This document shows, one piece after another, positions 29,203 through 40,106 of a stretch of 64,000 nt of DNA. A program made the translations under genes and the position numbers. The DNA lies in the NCBI GenBank assembly GCA_037308085.1, contig CP147779.1, positions 2,400,001 through 2,464,000 of the forward strand, in the 5' to 3' direction. The stretch comes from Promethearchaeati archaeon SRVP18_Atabeyarchaeia-1. Its GTDB lineage: Archaea > Asgardarchaeota > Atabeyarchaeia > Atabeyarchaeales > Atabeyarchaeaceae. Within the stretch, counting starts at the first letter, position 1. Each line of letters begins with the position of its first letter. The notes under the pieces were generated by a model. That model worked only from the letters and a program-made list of their open reading frames with translations. It did not search any database and was not told the origin of the DNA.

Positions 29203-30120
29203 TTAATGTTTCTTTAGCTTGTAGCTCGGAAACTGGTGCAGAAAGACTTCAATAACTAGCAATGCGCCTGCTATTGGAATCATAGCTGGAATCTGGATGT
29301 ACATGCCAGTTATCAATAGTGCTGCAAGGAAGACAACGTGGAAAGTGATCTGGGTGAGAGATGTTCCGAGTTCCACTCTTCTTTGTATTCTATACCCGCG
29401 TCTGACCATTGAAGCTAAGACGATCATGGCAAATATGGCAAGTTCGATGGCGAAAATTGAGAAGCGTTGGATCTCTGTCGCGAATATGGAGTAGGATACG
29501 TCAACGTAGACCAAAAGAAAAGAATAGAGAATGCCGTAACATATCGGCGGGGAGACCACTTGTAGAAGCAGGTATCTCTTGTCTCTTTTGGTCTGGACGA
29601 GGTTTCTCGTGAGCCTCGTAATTCCCGAGTAGATTGCTACGACCAGCATCCAGCCGAAGAAGTTGCCCGCCGGCACACCAAACCATCCGTCGGTGAGTGG
29701 TATGGGCCAGCGCCAGAAACCGAGACGTATCGCAACGGCATCCATGGAGAGATCGATCAGTATGGCCTGAATAGCGTCGAAGAAAGGTTTGACCTTCTCA
29801 TCTAGACCATACGCGTCTGAGATGTACATGGCGGAGTAGATTATGACAGCCCATCCCAAGCCAATAGCCAGGGGAGCTTGGTCGAATATTATCAGAAAGT
29901 CTCTTCCGTAGACATAGAAGCCGCCACTTATGAGGACGTTGAGTTCCTCGAGGAGAACGCCAAAGACTGCTGCCATTACCAACTCAAGGAATCTCTGCCT
30001 ACTGCGAAGCACCCTCAATGCATGCCACGAACATATGGCGAAAAGGACTAGGGACATCAATTCCATACCAAGGAAGCTAAGTTGCATGGACAGACCTCGG
30101 AGTTCGGCGTTGAACGACAT
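29203..30120 (-). CDS. CruF/DUF422-like carotenoid biosynthesis membrane protein
   Basis: PLAIGLGW, DLSMDAVA...FW.W and FGVPAGNFFGW. Confidence 0.7.
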   Translation of the reverse strand: MSFNAELRGLSMQLSFLGMELMSLVLFAICSWHALRVLRSRQRFLELVMAAVFGVLLEELNVLISGGFYVYGRDFLIIFDQAPLAIGLGWAVIIYSAMYISDAYGLDEKVKPFFDAIQAILIDLSMDAVAIRLGFWRWPIPLTDGWFGVPAGNFFGWMLVVAIYSGITRLTRNLVQTKRDKRYLLLQVVSPPICYGILYSFLLVYVDVSYSIFATEIQRFSIFAIELAIFAMIVLASMVRRGYRIQRRVELGTSLTQITFHVVFLAALLITGMYIQIPAMIPIAGALLVIEVFLHQFPSYKLKKH

Positions 30121-30145
30121 CTTCGCCGATCCAAACCCTATTCCC

Positions 30146-31648
30146 CTAATGGGTTTTTCGGTTATCTCTCACTACTATCCTCTTCTTTCTGCTTGCGTAC
30201 AGCGAGACCACAACTATAACAAGCACGATGTTGATGGCAACAGCCATGGATAGGACTGCGACGGCGGCATTCGGTACGTAGCCAAGTTTCGCTATCCAGA
30301 TATCATAGCCATTAGGATCCTCATTGAGCATCCTGCCAATCAAGATGTAACCCAGATCAGGAGTTTGTTGAATGTGCACCAAGTAGCTGTAAGGCTTCCC
30401 GTATTCCTTGGTCCACTGAACAGTTCCGTTTGAAGAGGTCTTCACAAGCAGCGCGTAGCCATATCCTCCCTGAGGGTTATGCGATTGCCCAGCCATGATG
30501 TAGCCGCCGTCAGACGTCTCGGACATGGTTTGAAGATAGTCGTAGTCTGTGGTTTGGTAGACCCTACTCCACAGCACACTTCCGTTCTCATCTGTTCTGA
30601 TGAAGATACAGTCGCTCAGATACCCGCCTGGATAAATATTCTGCCCTGCTAAGGCGTACCCGCCGCCAGCGGTTTGTAGGATGTCATATGCCCTTTCATC
30701 CCTGGGCCCTTCTATAGTTCTGTTTAGTACCAGTACTCCATTCTGATCGAACTTTAGCATTGAGACGTCCAATGTTGACAATGCCGCACCAGCAAACACG
30801 CATCCGTTGTCAGATGTTTCTCGAATGCAGTAGAATTCGTCGATTCTGGAGTCTTCCAGCCTCGTCGTCCACTGGGTGTTTCCCAGTGAATCCGTCTTGA
30901 TAAGCCATATGGTGCTGGTCAAAAAGTGAACCGTTGATCCTCCTATCACAAACCCGCCATCGAGTGTCTGGCAAAGGAAACATGGAGGCTGAACATTTCC
31001 CCATGTGTAGAATGTCCTATTCCATTCTATTACTCCGTCCGGGCTAGTCTTTACCAGAAAAACCCATTGCGCGTAGATGAAATATGTAAACCAAGCTAGC
31101 ACATAGCCGCCGTCAAAGGTCTGCTGAGCGGAGGCAATATACGCATCTGTGCCGCCAACCAAGGTCGCGTCCCACGTCCTATTCCACTCCATATTGCCGG
31201 ATGAATCAGTCTTAAAGAGACAAATTTGTCCGTTAGAGGAGCCATTATAACCTATCAATCCAGCCACAATGTACCCGCCATCAGTTGTCTGCTGGGCAGA
31301 ATTTGCCCAGTCGTCTCCAGCCGCTCCATATGCTTTGCTCCAGTCTACCGTCGGTGGTCCGCTTTGGCCAGATACTGCGCTCTGGATTGCAGGCAGCTGG
31401 CTCACTGCTATAGCACTAAGTGCTATTATGGACAGTATGAGTCCTCCCAATAGCTTATGGCTACCTCTGAGATCTCCCCGACTACTGAATTTGCGCTCCA
31501 ACTCCTGGAGGCTGTACCGAGCCTTGGCAGCTCTAATCAGTACCTGCCTTTTCGGTGCGCCCCTGGACAAGTCAATTGAGGATGACCCCACAAGTTCCAA
31601 AAGCTCTTTTTCGTCCAGAACGCCCAGAATCCTGTCTTTCCTCCCCAC
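30146..31648 (-). CDS. Membrane-anchored beta-propeller protein (QT.DGGY repeats)
   Basis: About 8 repeats of QT.DGGY.(I/L)AG...L.K.D..G...W.(K/R).Y; N- and C-terminal TM segments. Confidence 0.8.
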   Translation of the reverse strand: MGRKDRILGVLDEKELLELVGSSSIDLSRGAPKRQVLIRAAKARYSLQELERKFSSRGDLRGSHKLLGGLILSIIALSAIAVSQLPAIQSAVSGQSGPPTVDWSKAYGAAGDDWANSAQQTTDGGYIVAGLIGYNGSSNGQICLFKTDSSGNMEWNRTWDATLVGGTDAYIASAQQTFDGGYVLAWFTYFIYAQWVFLVKTSPDGVIEWNRTFYTWGNVQPPCFLCQTLDGGFVIGGSTVHFLTSTIWLIKTDSLGNTQWTTRLEDSRIDEFYCIRETSDNGCVFAGAALSTLDVSMLKFDQNGVLVLNRTIEGPRDERAYDILQTAGGGYALAGQNIYPGGYLSDCIFIRTDENGSVLWSRVYQTTDYDYLQTMSETSDGGYIMAGQSHNPQGGYGYALLVKTSSNGTVQWTKEYGKPYSYLVHIQQTPDLGYILIGRMLNEDPNGYDIWIAKLGYVPNAAVAVLSMAVAINIVLVIVVVSLYASRKKRIVVRDNRKTH

Positions 31649-31863
31649 GGAACAACCCCCTCTCTGCGCTTCCGGTTCCGAGACTGATCGTACTGTCTGA
31701 GAATAGCTGTTTATTTAGCTTTCCACTAGTTCATACGACAGGCCGATCCGAACGGGTTCAAGGCAAAGTTCTGTCCGCCACTGATCTGTGACATAATGGA
31801 ACCACACGCGGTTGATTTCATCTATGAGACCGAAGCAGCGGAGACAAGTGAGGGATCCTATGA

Positions 31864-34215
31864 TCAGGGGACGGTCTGCATGCCTGGCTGCGCTTTCCAC
31901 ATCTTGGTCGCCACAAGAAAGTGTGCCCAATTAGTTTCTTCTTGGGTGTTGGCTGCTTCCTTGCGTCGCCACGCCATTACTACCGAAAAGGATGCGGGCG
32001 TGTCGCCTTCCTCAGGAGTTGTGAATTCAATCGTCTTTATGTGATTGACTGACTCAGCGGGTGCGCTGAATTCTCCTTTATCTTCGATAAGCTTGGTTCT
32101 CGGCGGTGTTTCTGGCAATGCTATCATGTGACCCAGAGGTGATGGAAGCATTGTGGAGCCTAGTCTCGATGCTTCACGATCACCTGCAATGACGACACTT
32201 TTCTCGGTTCGGCATAACTTGATTTCCCATGAGACTGAAAGATCCTCGAGGCTATCATTTACAATATATACTGGTATCTGAAGCTTAGCGTTAGGCGGGA
32301 AGACCGTGTTTTCAAGGTCGGCCACCATTAGGAGTGGCCGCTGAGCCATCGTCAACCAGTAGTACGGAGTCTTGGGGATCCGGTTGACGTCGAGGAGCCC
32401 TGCGCCGGCGTAGCCCCACCAGTCTACGAAGAAGTGCCACCGTATGGCGTTGAAGGGTTGCCCACGTCTAACGCGGAAGGTTTCTGTCTGGTACTTTGCG
32501 AGGAAGGCGGCGTATAGTTGTGTCGCGTTGATCCATGAATCCCTGTCGGGATAGCGGCTTGGAGCGCCGACATAAGTTGATGTGGAGCCAAGGAAGCTCA
32601 GCCTGCCAGACCACTGAATCAGTTCCTCTTTGTCGGGTGGCCATCCAATGTCACCCCATTCATCGGCTGTAGATGCAATGGACCAGAAGCCGTACTCGGA
32701 GACGAACCCTGCCTCTTTGTGGTTACGGCAGTTGTAGATGGAGCCCCCGCCTATGGAGCCATCATATATATGGGTGTCCGCTCCCATGCCTGAAGACCTG
32801 TGAATTGGGCGGCTCTGGTCGACATTTCGGAGACTGGTTTCCAGTAATCCGTCTAGAACCGAATTGGTACTATCTTTGACTGGGTCAGTTTCCTTCTTCT
32901 GTAAGAACATGGCAGGCGGCTCATTGTGGCACGCCCAGTACACCACTGATGGATGGTTGTATAGTTGATAGGCCATCTCAGCGATCTGCATACACGCTTT
33001 CTCGCGGAAGCCAGGATTAGTCTCATCGCAAGAATCGTAAGACCATTGTAGAGTAAAGTCCTGGAACACCAGAACTCCTGCATCATCAGCAGCATCGTAG
33101 CAGGAAGGACACTGTACGTGTCCATGGATTCCGACGCTGTTAAGGTTGGCTGCCTTCAACAGCCTCATATCCCGATCATAGAAGCTCCTGTCGACGCCCG
33201 CGAAATGCTGACGAGGAATGTAGTTTGATGCCTTGACGAAGATTGGTTTATTATTCAGGCTAAAGACCCATGGCTGAGGGCTGAGGTCAACTGTTCTAAC
33301 TCCGAATTGCTCAACCTTTACATCAGACAACGCAGCATTGCAGATCGACTCAACTCTCAGGGTGTAGAGTGCAGGCTTGCCTAGTTTCCCATGTGAACAA
33401 GGCCACCAAAGGACTGGTTCTGGAACACTAACGTCGAAGTCCACCCTATTGGGCCCCGGAAGGAGTTCAGCCGTTAAGGCTGCAGTCAGCGTTTTTGCTT
33501 CGCTTCGGGGCTCCGGTTCCTCAACCTTGGGAGAGCTAAGTCGTAAGTCGAAGGTTGATCTGAGGTGGGATGTTTCTCTGTTGGTTGCTACCATAGCGAC
33601 GTGGATCGTTCCCGTAGTATTCATCGGAGTAATGAAGAGGGCATCGATCCTTATCGGTCCCGTGAATCTAAGTAGAACGGGTTGTGTGATTCCGCCTGTG
33701 GTTAGACTCTGACCCCATTCAGGCGTCCATTTTGGTGAGGTTATTCCAGGCAAGCCGCCAGGTCTGGAATCATGGTAGTTCATCGTCCCCTTGATGTACT
33801 TCTTGTAATGCAGGAAAACTGGGACGTTTGAATCTAGCTTTTCAAGTGGATCTTGCACCTTGACTGCGATAGTGTTACTCTCCTTGATGATTTTGGAGAC
33901 ATCAAACGAGAATGGTGCAAAGTAGCCCTCATGGTGTCCCAGGTGTTCACCGTTCAACCATACGTCAGCTAGGTAGTCTACAGCTTGGAAAATAAGGTCT
34001 GCGTGCTTGCCTTGCCCCGGCCGGAAGCTTCTGCGGTACCAAACCGGGCCGTAGTGGCGCTGCAGCTCGCCATCGAGACCAAAGTTGTCAGGGACCTTCA
34101 CTTGCGGCCAGCTTGAGTCGTCCAATGATGGATTAAAGGATTTATCCATCGATTCTCCTCTCTCGGCCAGGCGCCGCCATAGTCCGCTCAGATCGACTTC
34201 CCTTAGGGCGCTCAT
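31864..34215 (-). CDS. Glycoside hydrolase family 2 (beta-mannosidase-like)
   Basis: AVDY.ADVWLNG...HEGYF, NHPSVVYWACHNE (acid/base) and FVSEYG (nucleophile). Confidence 0.85.
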   Translation of the reverse strand: MSALREVDLSGLWRRLAERGESMDKSFNPSLDDSSWPQVKVPDNFGLDGELQRHYGPVWYRRSFRPGQGKHADLIFQAVDYLADVWLNGEHLGHHEGYFAPFSFDVSKIIKESNTIAVKVQDPLEKLDSNVPVFLHYKKYIKGTMNYHDSRPGGLPGITSPKWTPEWGQSLTTGGITQPVLLRFTGPIRIDALFITPMNTTGTIHVAMVATNRETSHLRSTFDLRLSSPKVEEPEPRSEAKTLTAALTAELLPGPNRVDFDVSVPEPVLWWPCSHGKLGKPALYTLRVESICNAALSDVKVEQFGVRTVDLSPQPWVFSLNNKPIFVKASNYIPRQHFAGVDRSFYDRDMRLLKAANLNSVGIHGHVQCPSCYDAADDAGVLVFQDFTLQWSYDSCDETNPGFREKACMQIAEMAYQLYNHPSVVYWACHNEPPAMFLQKKETDPVKDSTNSVLDGLLETSLRNVDQSRPIHRSSGMGADTHIYDGSIGGGSIYNCRNHKEAGFVSEYGFWSIASTADEWGDIGWPPDKEELIQWSGRLSFLGSTSTYVGAPSRYPDRDSWINATQLYAAFLAKYQTETFRVRRGQPFNAIRWHFFVDWWGYAGAGLLDVNRIPKTPYYWLTMAQRPLLMVADLENTVFPPNAKLQIPVYIVNDSLEDLSVSWEIKLCRTEKSVVIAGDREASRLGSTMLPSPLGHMIALPETPPRTKLIEDKGEFSAPAESVNHIKTIEFTTPEEGDTPASFSVVMAWRRKEAANTQEETNWAHFLVATKMWKAQPGMQTVP

Positions 34216-34555
34216 CTTGTAGAATGACTGCTTCTCGGTAATTGAAGCCGATCGAGTGTTTCCAGCTGACGAAACGGCGCGGAAGACTGAATTCTCCGAG
34301 ACTGGGGCAGCGCCCGGCGGGCCTGAATGAGTAACTGCAATCTTCAAGGAGTCTCGCTCTCCACCTAGTTAAACACCTTGCCCAGTCAGGGGACGCCTCC
34401 CATTTGGCGAGTCCCCAAAACGTCGGGGCTTGGACTGAGCATCAATAGACATTGTTGGCTCTATCCTAATATACCTAGGAGAACAAACGATCGCGTGGAT
34501 ATGCATCACAGGAGAACCTGAGTGATCCTAATCCAACATATCGAGGTGACGGAAG

Positions 34556-35323
34556 GTGGGGATCAGGACTGAGAAGAAAGGTGTCGTGAGTACGATTATC
34601 ATTGATAACCCTGAGGTAAAGAACGCTGTCGACGGTCCCACAGCCAAAGCGCTGGCAGATGCATTCAGGGAATTCGATCGCGACAAGGAGACCCGCGCTG
34701 CCGTTCTTTGGGGAGCTGGCGGCTCATTCTGCGCCGGAGCAAACCTGAAGGCGATGGCTGAAGGATACGCTAATAGAGTGAGCAAAATGGGCGACGGACC
34801 TATGGGGCCGTCTAGGATGCTCCTATCCAAACCGGTCATTGCGGCAGTGGCCGGGCATGCTGTTGCGGGAGGACTGGAACTTGCGCTGTGGTGCGATCTT
34901 CGGGTCGTTGAGCGTGATGCCGTATTTGGAGTGTTTTGCCGCAGATTCGGAGTTCCTCTCATCGATGGTGGCACAATTAGGCTGCCAAGGCTCATTGGGC
35001 TTAGTAGAGCACTCGACATGATACTGACTGGCAGACCCGTCGGCGCTGACGAGGCTCTGCAATTTGGTCTGGCTAATAGGGTTGTGGACGTTGGGCAGTC
35101 GCGTCCCCAAGCCGAGAAGCTCGCCCAGGAAATAGCGGCTTTCCCGCAAACATGCCTCCGTGAAGATAGATTGTCGGCCTATGAGCAGTTCGGACTCGAC
35201 ATGAAAAAGGCGCTGGAAAATGAACTCGATCACGGTCTGAGGACACTCTCAAGCGGCGAGGCATTTGAAGGAGCTAACCGCTTCACGAAGGGTGGTGGCA
35301 AGCATGGCAAGCCCCTGCCGTAA
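34556..35323 (+). CDS. Enoyl-CoA hydratase/isomerase family
   Basis: FCAGANL, KPVIAAVAGHAVAGGLELAL and DGGT.RLPRLIG. Confidence 0.9.
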   Translation: MGIRTEKKGVVSTIIIDNPEVKNAVDGPTAKALADAFREFDRDKETRAAVLWGAGGSFCAGANLKAMAEGYANRVSKMGDGPMGPSRMLLSKPVIAAVAGHAVAGGLELALWCDLRVVERDAVFGVFCRRFGVPLIDGGTIRLPRLIGLSRALDMILTGRPVGADEALQFGLANRVVDVGQSRPQAEKLAQEIAAFPQTCLREDRLSAYEQFGLDMKKALENELDHGLRTLSSGEAFEGANRFTKGGGKHGKPLP

Positions 35324-35493
35324 CGGCGCCTATCAGATAATAGCACTAACGAAGACCGGTGAGCTGAACATTTCCATATACGTACAACAATCGAGGCACC
35401 GACATGTTTTAAAAGAACTCCGGCATATGGTGAATTCAAACCAACTTCCATTTGCATGTAGGTCAACTAAACCACAATTGGAGGGTTCTAGCC

Positions 35494-35958
35494 TTGGTTA
35501 AGCTGCAAGAGACGGTAAAGAAGTACATGAACTCTGAACTCGTCGTGGTCGCGCCGACGACAACGATAGCGCAAGTGGCCAAGAGCCTAGCTGAGAAGGG
35601 TACCGATATCGCCATAGTGAAATCAGGCAAGGACATCGTCGGGATAATAACCGATTCAGATATCTTCCACTCAATGAAAAGCTATGTCTTCCAAGATGTA
35701 CTCGAAGATCTACCCAAAGATGTGAGCAAAGTGAAGATAGAAGAGATAATGCGTGGTACACTCTCTGATAACTTCATGAGCGTCTGCCAACTCACTGGCT
35801 TGAGACCTTGCCTCATGATTGGCGAGGAAGAGACCATTGAAAATGCTATTAAAACTATGGGGGCAAGCGAAGCTCACCACCTGCTAGTCATAGGTTCCGA
35901 TGGCTCTTTGAGTGGAACACTCTCGGCGCATGACCTTCTGAGAAGCTTCGCCGACTAG
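35494..35958 (+). CDS. CBS domain protein
   Basis: VKKYM, VGIITDSDI and GTLSAHDLL. Confidence 0.8.
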   Translation: MVKLQETVKKYMNSELVVVAPTTTIAQVAKSLAEKGTDIAIVKSGKDIVGIITDSDIFHSMKSYVFQDVLEDLPKDVSKVKIEEIMRGTLSDNFMSVCQLTGLRPCLMIGEEETIENAIKTMGASEAHHLLVIGSDGSLSGTLSAHDLLRSFAD

Positions 35959-36292
35959 GAACAAGCGAATCTGCTTCTTGAAGACGCTCGCCGGACCAGA
36001 AATTGGGCATCACCCCATTCCTCCACTTTTTCCCTGCTACACGCATGTCCCCCTGCTACTAGACTCCTTTTTTGCTGAATCTCCGCTGGGCGCAGTCCCC
36101 CATCTCTATAGGTAGGTGGGGAGGGGGTGGGTGTAGTTCTGCGGGATTCGTAATTCATATGGCGGAATGCCACAAAAAGTCGCAAGTAGATAAATACTCT
36201 ACCAAGAAGAAAGTCATCAGGGGTAACTGCTACATAGCGCGGGCACTTTCCTTGCAGATTCCCCCCGCAGCTTACCCTCATCATCAGCGGCA

Positions 36293-36607
36293 ATGGGGTT
36301 TGACAGGATGCAGAACTACAGAAGTGCTTCAAACGGGAATCCGCAGCTGATCCTCAGCGAAATCAGAGACTACCAGAAGGAACTCGATAGGTTGAGAGAA
36401 GGACTGGTCTCGAACTACTTCTCTCCAGATGAGATCAGAGGAATCATAGATAATATTCGGGATGCATCAAGGAAAATAGGGGAAAGGGCGTCGTCAGTCA
36501 ACATGCCACTAGTTCTCGATTTGGCTAGGAAGCTTGAAGAATTGACCCAGGTCATGCTGGCCAAATCTACTTGGGACAGGCGGTTTGGGACGAACGGGAT
36601 GAAGTAG
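36293..36607 (+). CDS. Hypothetical helical protein
   Basis: Amphipathic helical ORF in the expected orientation. Confidence 0.5.
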   Translation: MGFDRMQNYRSASNGNPQLILSEIRDYQKELDRLREGLVSNYFSPDEIRGIIDNIRDASRKIGERASSVNMPLVLDLARKLEELTQVMLAKSTWDRRFGTNGMK

Positions 36608-36623
36608 AAAGTTGCTTGAAGGA

Positions 36624-37172
36624 TCATAGCTCAAGCGCCATTCTGGCCTCGTCGATGTATTTCCCGTTTCTGAAGATGCCTTTTGGCACTCTTCCGACTT
36701 CTGTGAAACCGATCTTCTCGTAGACGTGTCTCGCTCTCTTGTTAGTCTCGAACACATCGAGCAGTATCAGTCTTAGCCCGGCTTTCCTAGCTTCTTCAAT
36801 GAGAACCTCTATCATTTCAGTTCCGATTCCAAGGTCCCTGTAACCTGATCTGACGGCGATCCCTAGCATTCCTTTGTGTGCTTCACTTCGAGCGGTGAAT
36901 CTTTCGATACTCGAATTCGCTATGATCTTGCCATCTACTTCTGCGGCCACGAAGATCTCCTTGCCCTCTTCTTGCGACACTAGCTTTTTCGCTAGCCATT
37001 CGGCTTCCTCCCCTCTAGCCTGTTTCTCTTCCATTATGATGTCAGCACCTTCCTCTACCAGTGAGTTTATGCACTCGAGAAGGTCGTCCAAGTCTTCAAA
37101 CCTGAGTGCTCTAAGGACAGCTCTTCGTCCATCCCTTGTCTTGAAGGTCTTGTACACATGCCCTGACATCAT
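36624..37172 (-). CDS. GNAT N-acetyltransferase
   Basis: YRDLGIGT and N.RA..VYEKIGF. Confidence 0.85.
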   Translation of the reverse strand: MMSGHVYKTFKTRDGRRAVLRALRFEDLDDLLECINSLVEEGADIIMEEKQARGEEAEWLAKKLVSQEEGKEIFVAAEVDGKIIANSSIERFTARSEAHKGMLGIAVRSGYRDLGIGTEMIEVLIEEARKAGLRLILLDVFETNKRARHVYEKIGFTEVGRVPKGIFRNGKYIDEARMALEL

Positions 37173-37278
37173 TGCTCTGAAACTCCTCCGCCTGTGGGTT
37201 GAATACACCTGGGCGTCTTGCTTCAGACTGCTGATAATTCATTATGGAGTTTCTCTTTGCATCTAAAGGTCTCTGTCT

Positions 37279-38280
37279 TCATTGCTTGTCGAGTTGAGCC
37301 ATCTTTCTGACAAGCACCGCGATGATGTCCTTGACCTCCTTTATCTCGCGCCTATTCGCGTCTAGCTCGAGCCTCAGTCTCAGTAGTTCATCAGCGATGG
37401 CCGATTGAGTGTCGCCCTTCTTTTTGCCGCTTCTTGATATCATCAGGCTTTGCCTAACTATGTTGACTAGGTCGTCTCTGGCGTTTGCGCTCATGGCTGA
37501 AAAGCCGTAGGTTGGGACGCTTAGCACACGTTCCATGATACCCGGGTTTGCTGCGCCGTTGCGATCCTGCTTATTTGCTATTACGAATACGGCTATTCCT
37601 TTTGCAATTTCCGTTATTCTCGAGATTAGAATCTTGGCCCTAACAGCGCCATCTATTGTCGAGTCTATCACAACGAAGACTATCCCTGCACCGCGTATCA
37701 GATGTTCCCACGCTCTCCCTTCTATGTTTTGACCTGGAATATCCCAGATCAGGGTTTCGAATTTGTCTATTGTCACCTTCTTGATGGTCGGAACGGTTGA
37801 TGCCTCGTACTCTGCGGGAACCGGTTCTTTGGCGAAGGTCCTTGCGATTGATGTCTTCCCTACTTTGGGGTCGCCTACAAGCGCTATCTTGATCTTTGTC
37901 TCCTCTTGAATTATCTTGTCGAGCTCAGTTCCAAACTGCTTGAACCTATCGGTCTCAACAACCTTCATACCTTTCAGTTCTTTTCCATAAAGCCAGAGGA
38001 ATTGATTTGCTACTTTTCTGATATCCTCCCTTACGAACTGGTCGTCGTCTTCCCTATCTACGTAAACGATTATCATTACGTCCTCGAACGCACCGTAGAC
38101 AAACTTCAGGTTCTTCATAACGATAGAATCCATCTCTCCACTTCCCAGTTCGGAGGAGAACCTTGAAACCGCAACGAGAAAACCAGAGACGAGAACCTCG
38201 TCAAGCTTCTCATCTGTGTAGGCTTTATGGAAGAGAATGGTTCCATCGTTTCGACGCAGAATGTAAGCTCCGCGAATCAT
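37279..38280 (-). CDS. Longin domain-small GTPase (Ras/Arf-like) fusion with C-terminal coiled coil
   Basis: N-terminal LVSGFLVAVSRFSSE; G1 GDPKVGKTS, G3 WDIPGQ, G4 NKQD and G5 FSA. Confidence 0.85.
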   Translation of the reverse strand: MIRGAYILRRNDGTILFHKAYTDEKLDEVLVSGFLVAVSRFSSELGSGEMDSIVMKNLKFVYGAFEDVMIIVYVDREDDDQFVREDIRKVANQFLWLYGKELKGMKVVETDRFKQFGTELDKIIQEETKIKIALVGDPKVGKTSIARTFAKEPVPAEYEASTVPTIKKVTIDKFETLIWDIPGQNIEGRAWEHLIRGAGIVFVVIDSTIDGAVRAKILISRITEIAKGIAVFVIANKQDRNGAANPGIMERVLSVPTYGFSAMSANARDDLVNIVRQSLMISRSGKKKGDTQSAIADELLRLRLELDANRREIKEVKDIIAVLVRKMAQLDKQ

Positions 38281-38384
38281 GGGGCAGACCCCTGTGCTCT
38301 TCTTTGGGCTGTTGTCATGCAGAGGGAGAACACTAGAAGTGAGTCAACTCTTAAGGTTTCCTTTCAATTCTCTTCATATGAGAT

Positions 38385-39851
38385 CTAGTTTGCTGGGATC
38401 TTGTTGACGCCAAACTTCTTGAGTTCCGATAGCATGCTCTTACCGAGGTCCTTCTCGAGTGCCTCGGAGACTGCCTTTTTGGCTTTTGATTTCTCCAGGA
38501 TTGCTTGTGCCTGCTCCTTTGCCCTTTTGATTATGTCTTTGCTGCCTTTTTCCTCCCATTGGCTTCTGTTTGCCCTGTCAACTACTTCGCTTGGGATGTA
38601 GTGCTCCTTTCTGAACAACCTCAAGGTGCTTGGCAGTGAAATGAAGCTCCCATTCTTGCCCCTACTCCTTAGGTCTTCCAGCGCCATCGTCTCGCTGTTC
38701 ACTTCGAAGCCCCTGGCCACACGGAGAGCCATTCCGCATATCTCGTTGTCCACAACTAGTTTTTCAATGGATTGGCAGTTCTCGAACTCGAGCATGCCTG
38801 GACCTGATATGATGTTTATTCCAGCCAGTGCCCCCAGGACGGCGCTTGCCCCAGACTCGAACCCTGCTTGGGCGTCCACGACCTTGGAATCCGACATCCC
38901 GAGGTAGGTGTGTGTTGGCAACCCAAGCCATTTTCCGATCTCGGCGTAGGCTAAGTCGATGAGTATCGTTTCCGATGCGCCCATGGGCGTCGTCCCATAG
39001 TGCATGTCAAAGGCGCTGGGTGAGCCTCCATAAACTACTGGGCAACCTTTCTTGACCGATTGTGCAAGAACGATCCCGCTCAAGGTCTCCGCAGTATGCT
39101 GTACTAGGGAGCCAGCGATCGTGATTGGACCTGTGGCGCCCATCAGTGGCATCGAGATGAGCTCGACTGGTATGGAGTACTTGGCGCAATCGATGAGGCT
39201 CTCGCTAGTTATCTCACTGAATAGAAGTGGCGGCGATGGGCAGCAGTCGAATATCGCTGTTGGACGACTTGCTAGGTTCTTGTCACCGCCGACAGCAAGC
39301 GAAAGCATGTTCTTCATGGCGAGCGTTCCATCTAACGTGAAGGTTCCAGTGATTATCGGTTTCACTGAGTGCTTCAAGACAAGGTAGAGCCGGTATCTGT
39401 CTGCAATTTCCTGCGGAATGTCGCTACAAACCAGGGCGGTGCTCTGTGCATGTATGTTGGGCAGCTCCTCTGCAACTTTGATGAACTCCACAAAATCCTT
39501 AGTAACGGGTTTCCTGGAAGCATTTGTCCTGGCATCAAGGAGGTTCAGCGCGGCTGAACCTGGATTGAAGTAGACATTGTCTCCTCCTACAAGTAGCTCT
39601 CTGCTTCCATCCCGATAGTGAAGCTTGAATGACTCTGGGCAACTCTCCACGCTGTTCTTAACTAGATCTCTTGGAAACTTGACCACTCCAGTTGGGACAT
39701 CGGCATCAGCTCCAGCACGCCCCAACGTCTCAACCGCGCGCTTACTCTTGAATATGACGCCAGTTGCGGACAGCACGTAGAGAGCGTTCTCGTAGATCTC
39801 TTCAATTGCCTCCCTTGGGAGTATCTTTATTGAGGGCTTAGAACTAGTCAA
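38385..39851 (-). CDS. Trimethylamine methyltransferase (MttB) superfamily, non-pyrrolysine
   Basis: GATGPITIAGSLVQH.AE.L.G, DSKVVDAQAG.E and EKLVVDNE; no in-frame TAG. Confidence 0.85.
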   Translation of the reverse strand: MTSSKPSIKILPREAIEEIYENALYVLSATGVIFKSKRAVETLGRAGADADVPTGVVKFPRDLVKNSVESCPESFKLHYRDGSRELLVGGDNVYFNPGSAALNLLDARTNASRKPVTKDFVEFIKVAEELPNIHAQSTALVCSDIPQEIADRYRLYLVLKHSVKPIITGTFTLDGTLAMKNMLSLAVGGDKNLASRPTAIFDCCPSPPLLFSEITSESLIDCAKYSIPVELISMPLMGATGPITIAGSLVQHTAETLSGIVLAQSVKKGCPVVYGGSPSAFDMHYGTTPMGASETILIDLAYAEIGKWLGLPTHTYLGMSDSKVVDAQAGFESGASAVLGALAGINIISGPGMLEFENCQSIEKLVVDNEICGMALRVARGFEVNSETMALEDLRSRGKNGSFISLPSTLRLFRKEHYIPSEVVDRANRSQWEEKGSKDIIKRAKEQAQAILEKSKAKKAVSEALEKDLGKSMLSELKKFGVNKIPAN

Positions 39852-40106
39852 TATACATCCCTCTCAGAAAAACAATCCATGATTCTTTGCCTGCTGATCT
39901 GATCCGAAAGGATTTCGCTGAATATTCATTAGAGGATTTGAAGATAACTCTATCATAATAAGGTTGCTGATTATGGTTGATCAAGTTTGATCCAACGGTT
40001 TGCGTTTGATCTCCTCTTGATCTCACTGTAGAGCGAGCCGCAGAAGAAGATCGCTCAAGAGCAAATTCGAATGTCGGATCGATGGTGTATAAGGTGAGGA
40101 AGTCAG

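Noticed and set aside
34381-34440. Hairpin cluster upstream of GH2
   Set aside because: No identifiable riboswitch or IS signature; single copy.
36090-36140. G-rich hairpin resembling an IS605 right end
   Set aside because: Too degenerate; no partner end or terminal tetramer.
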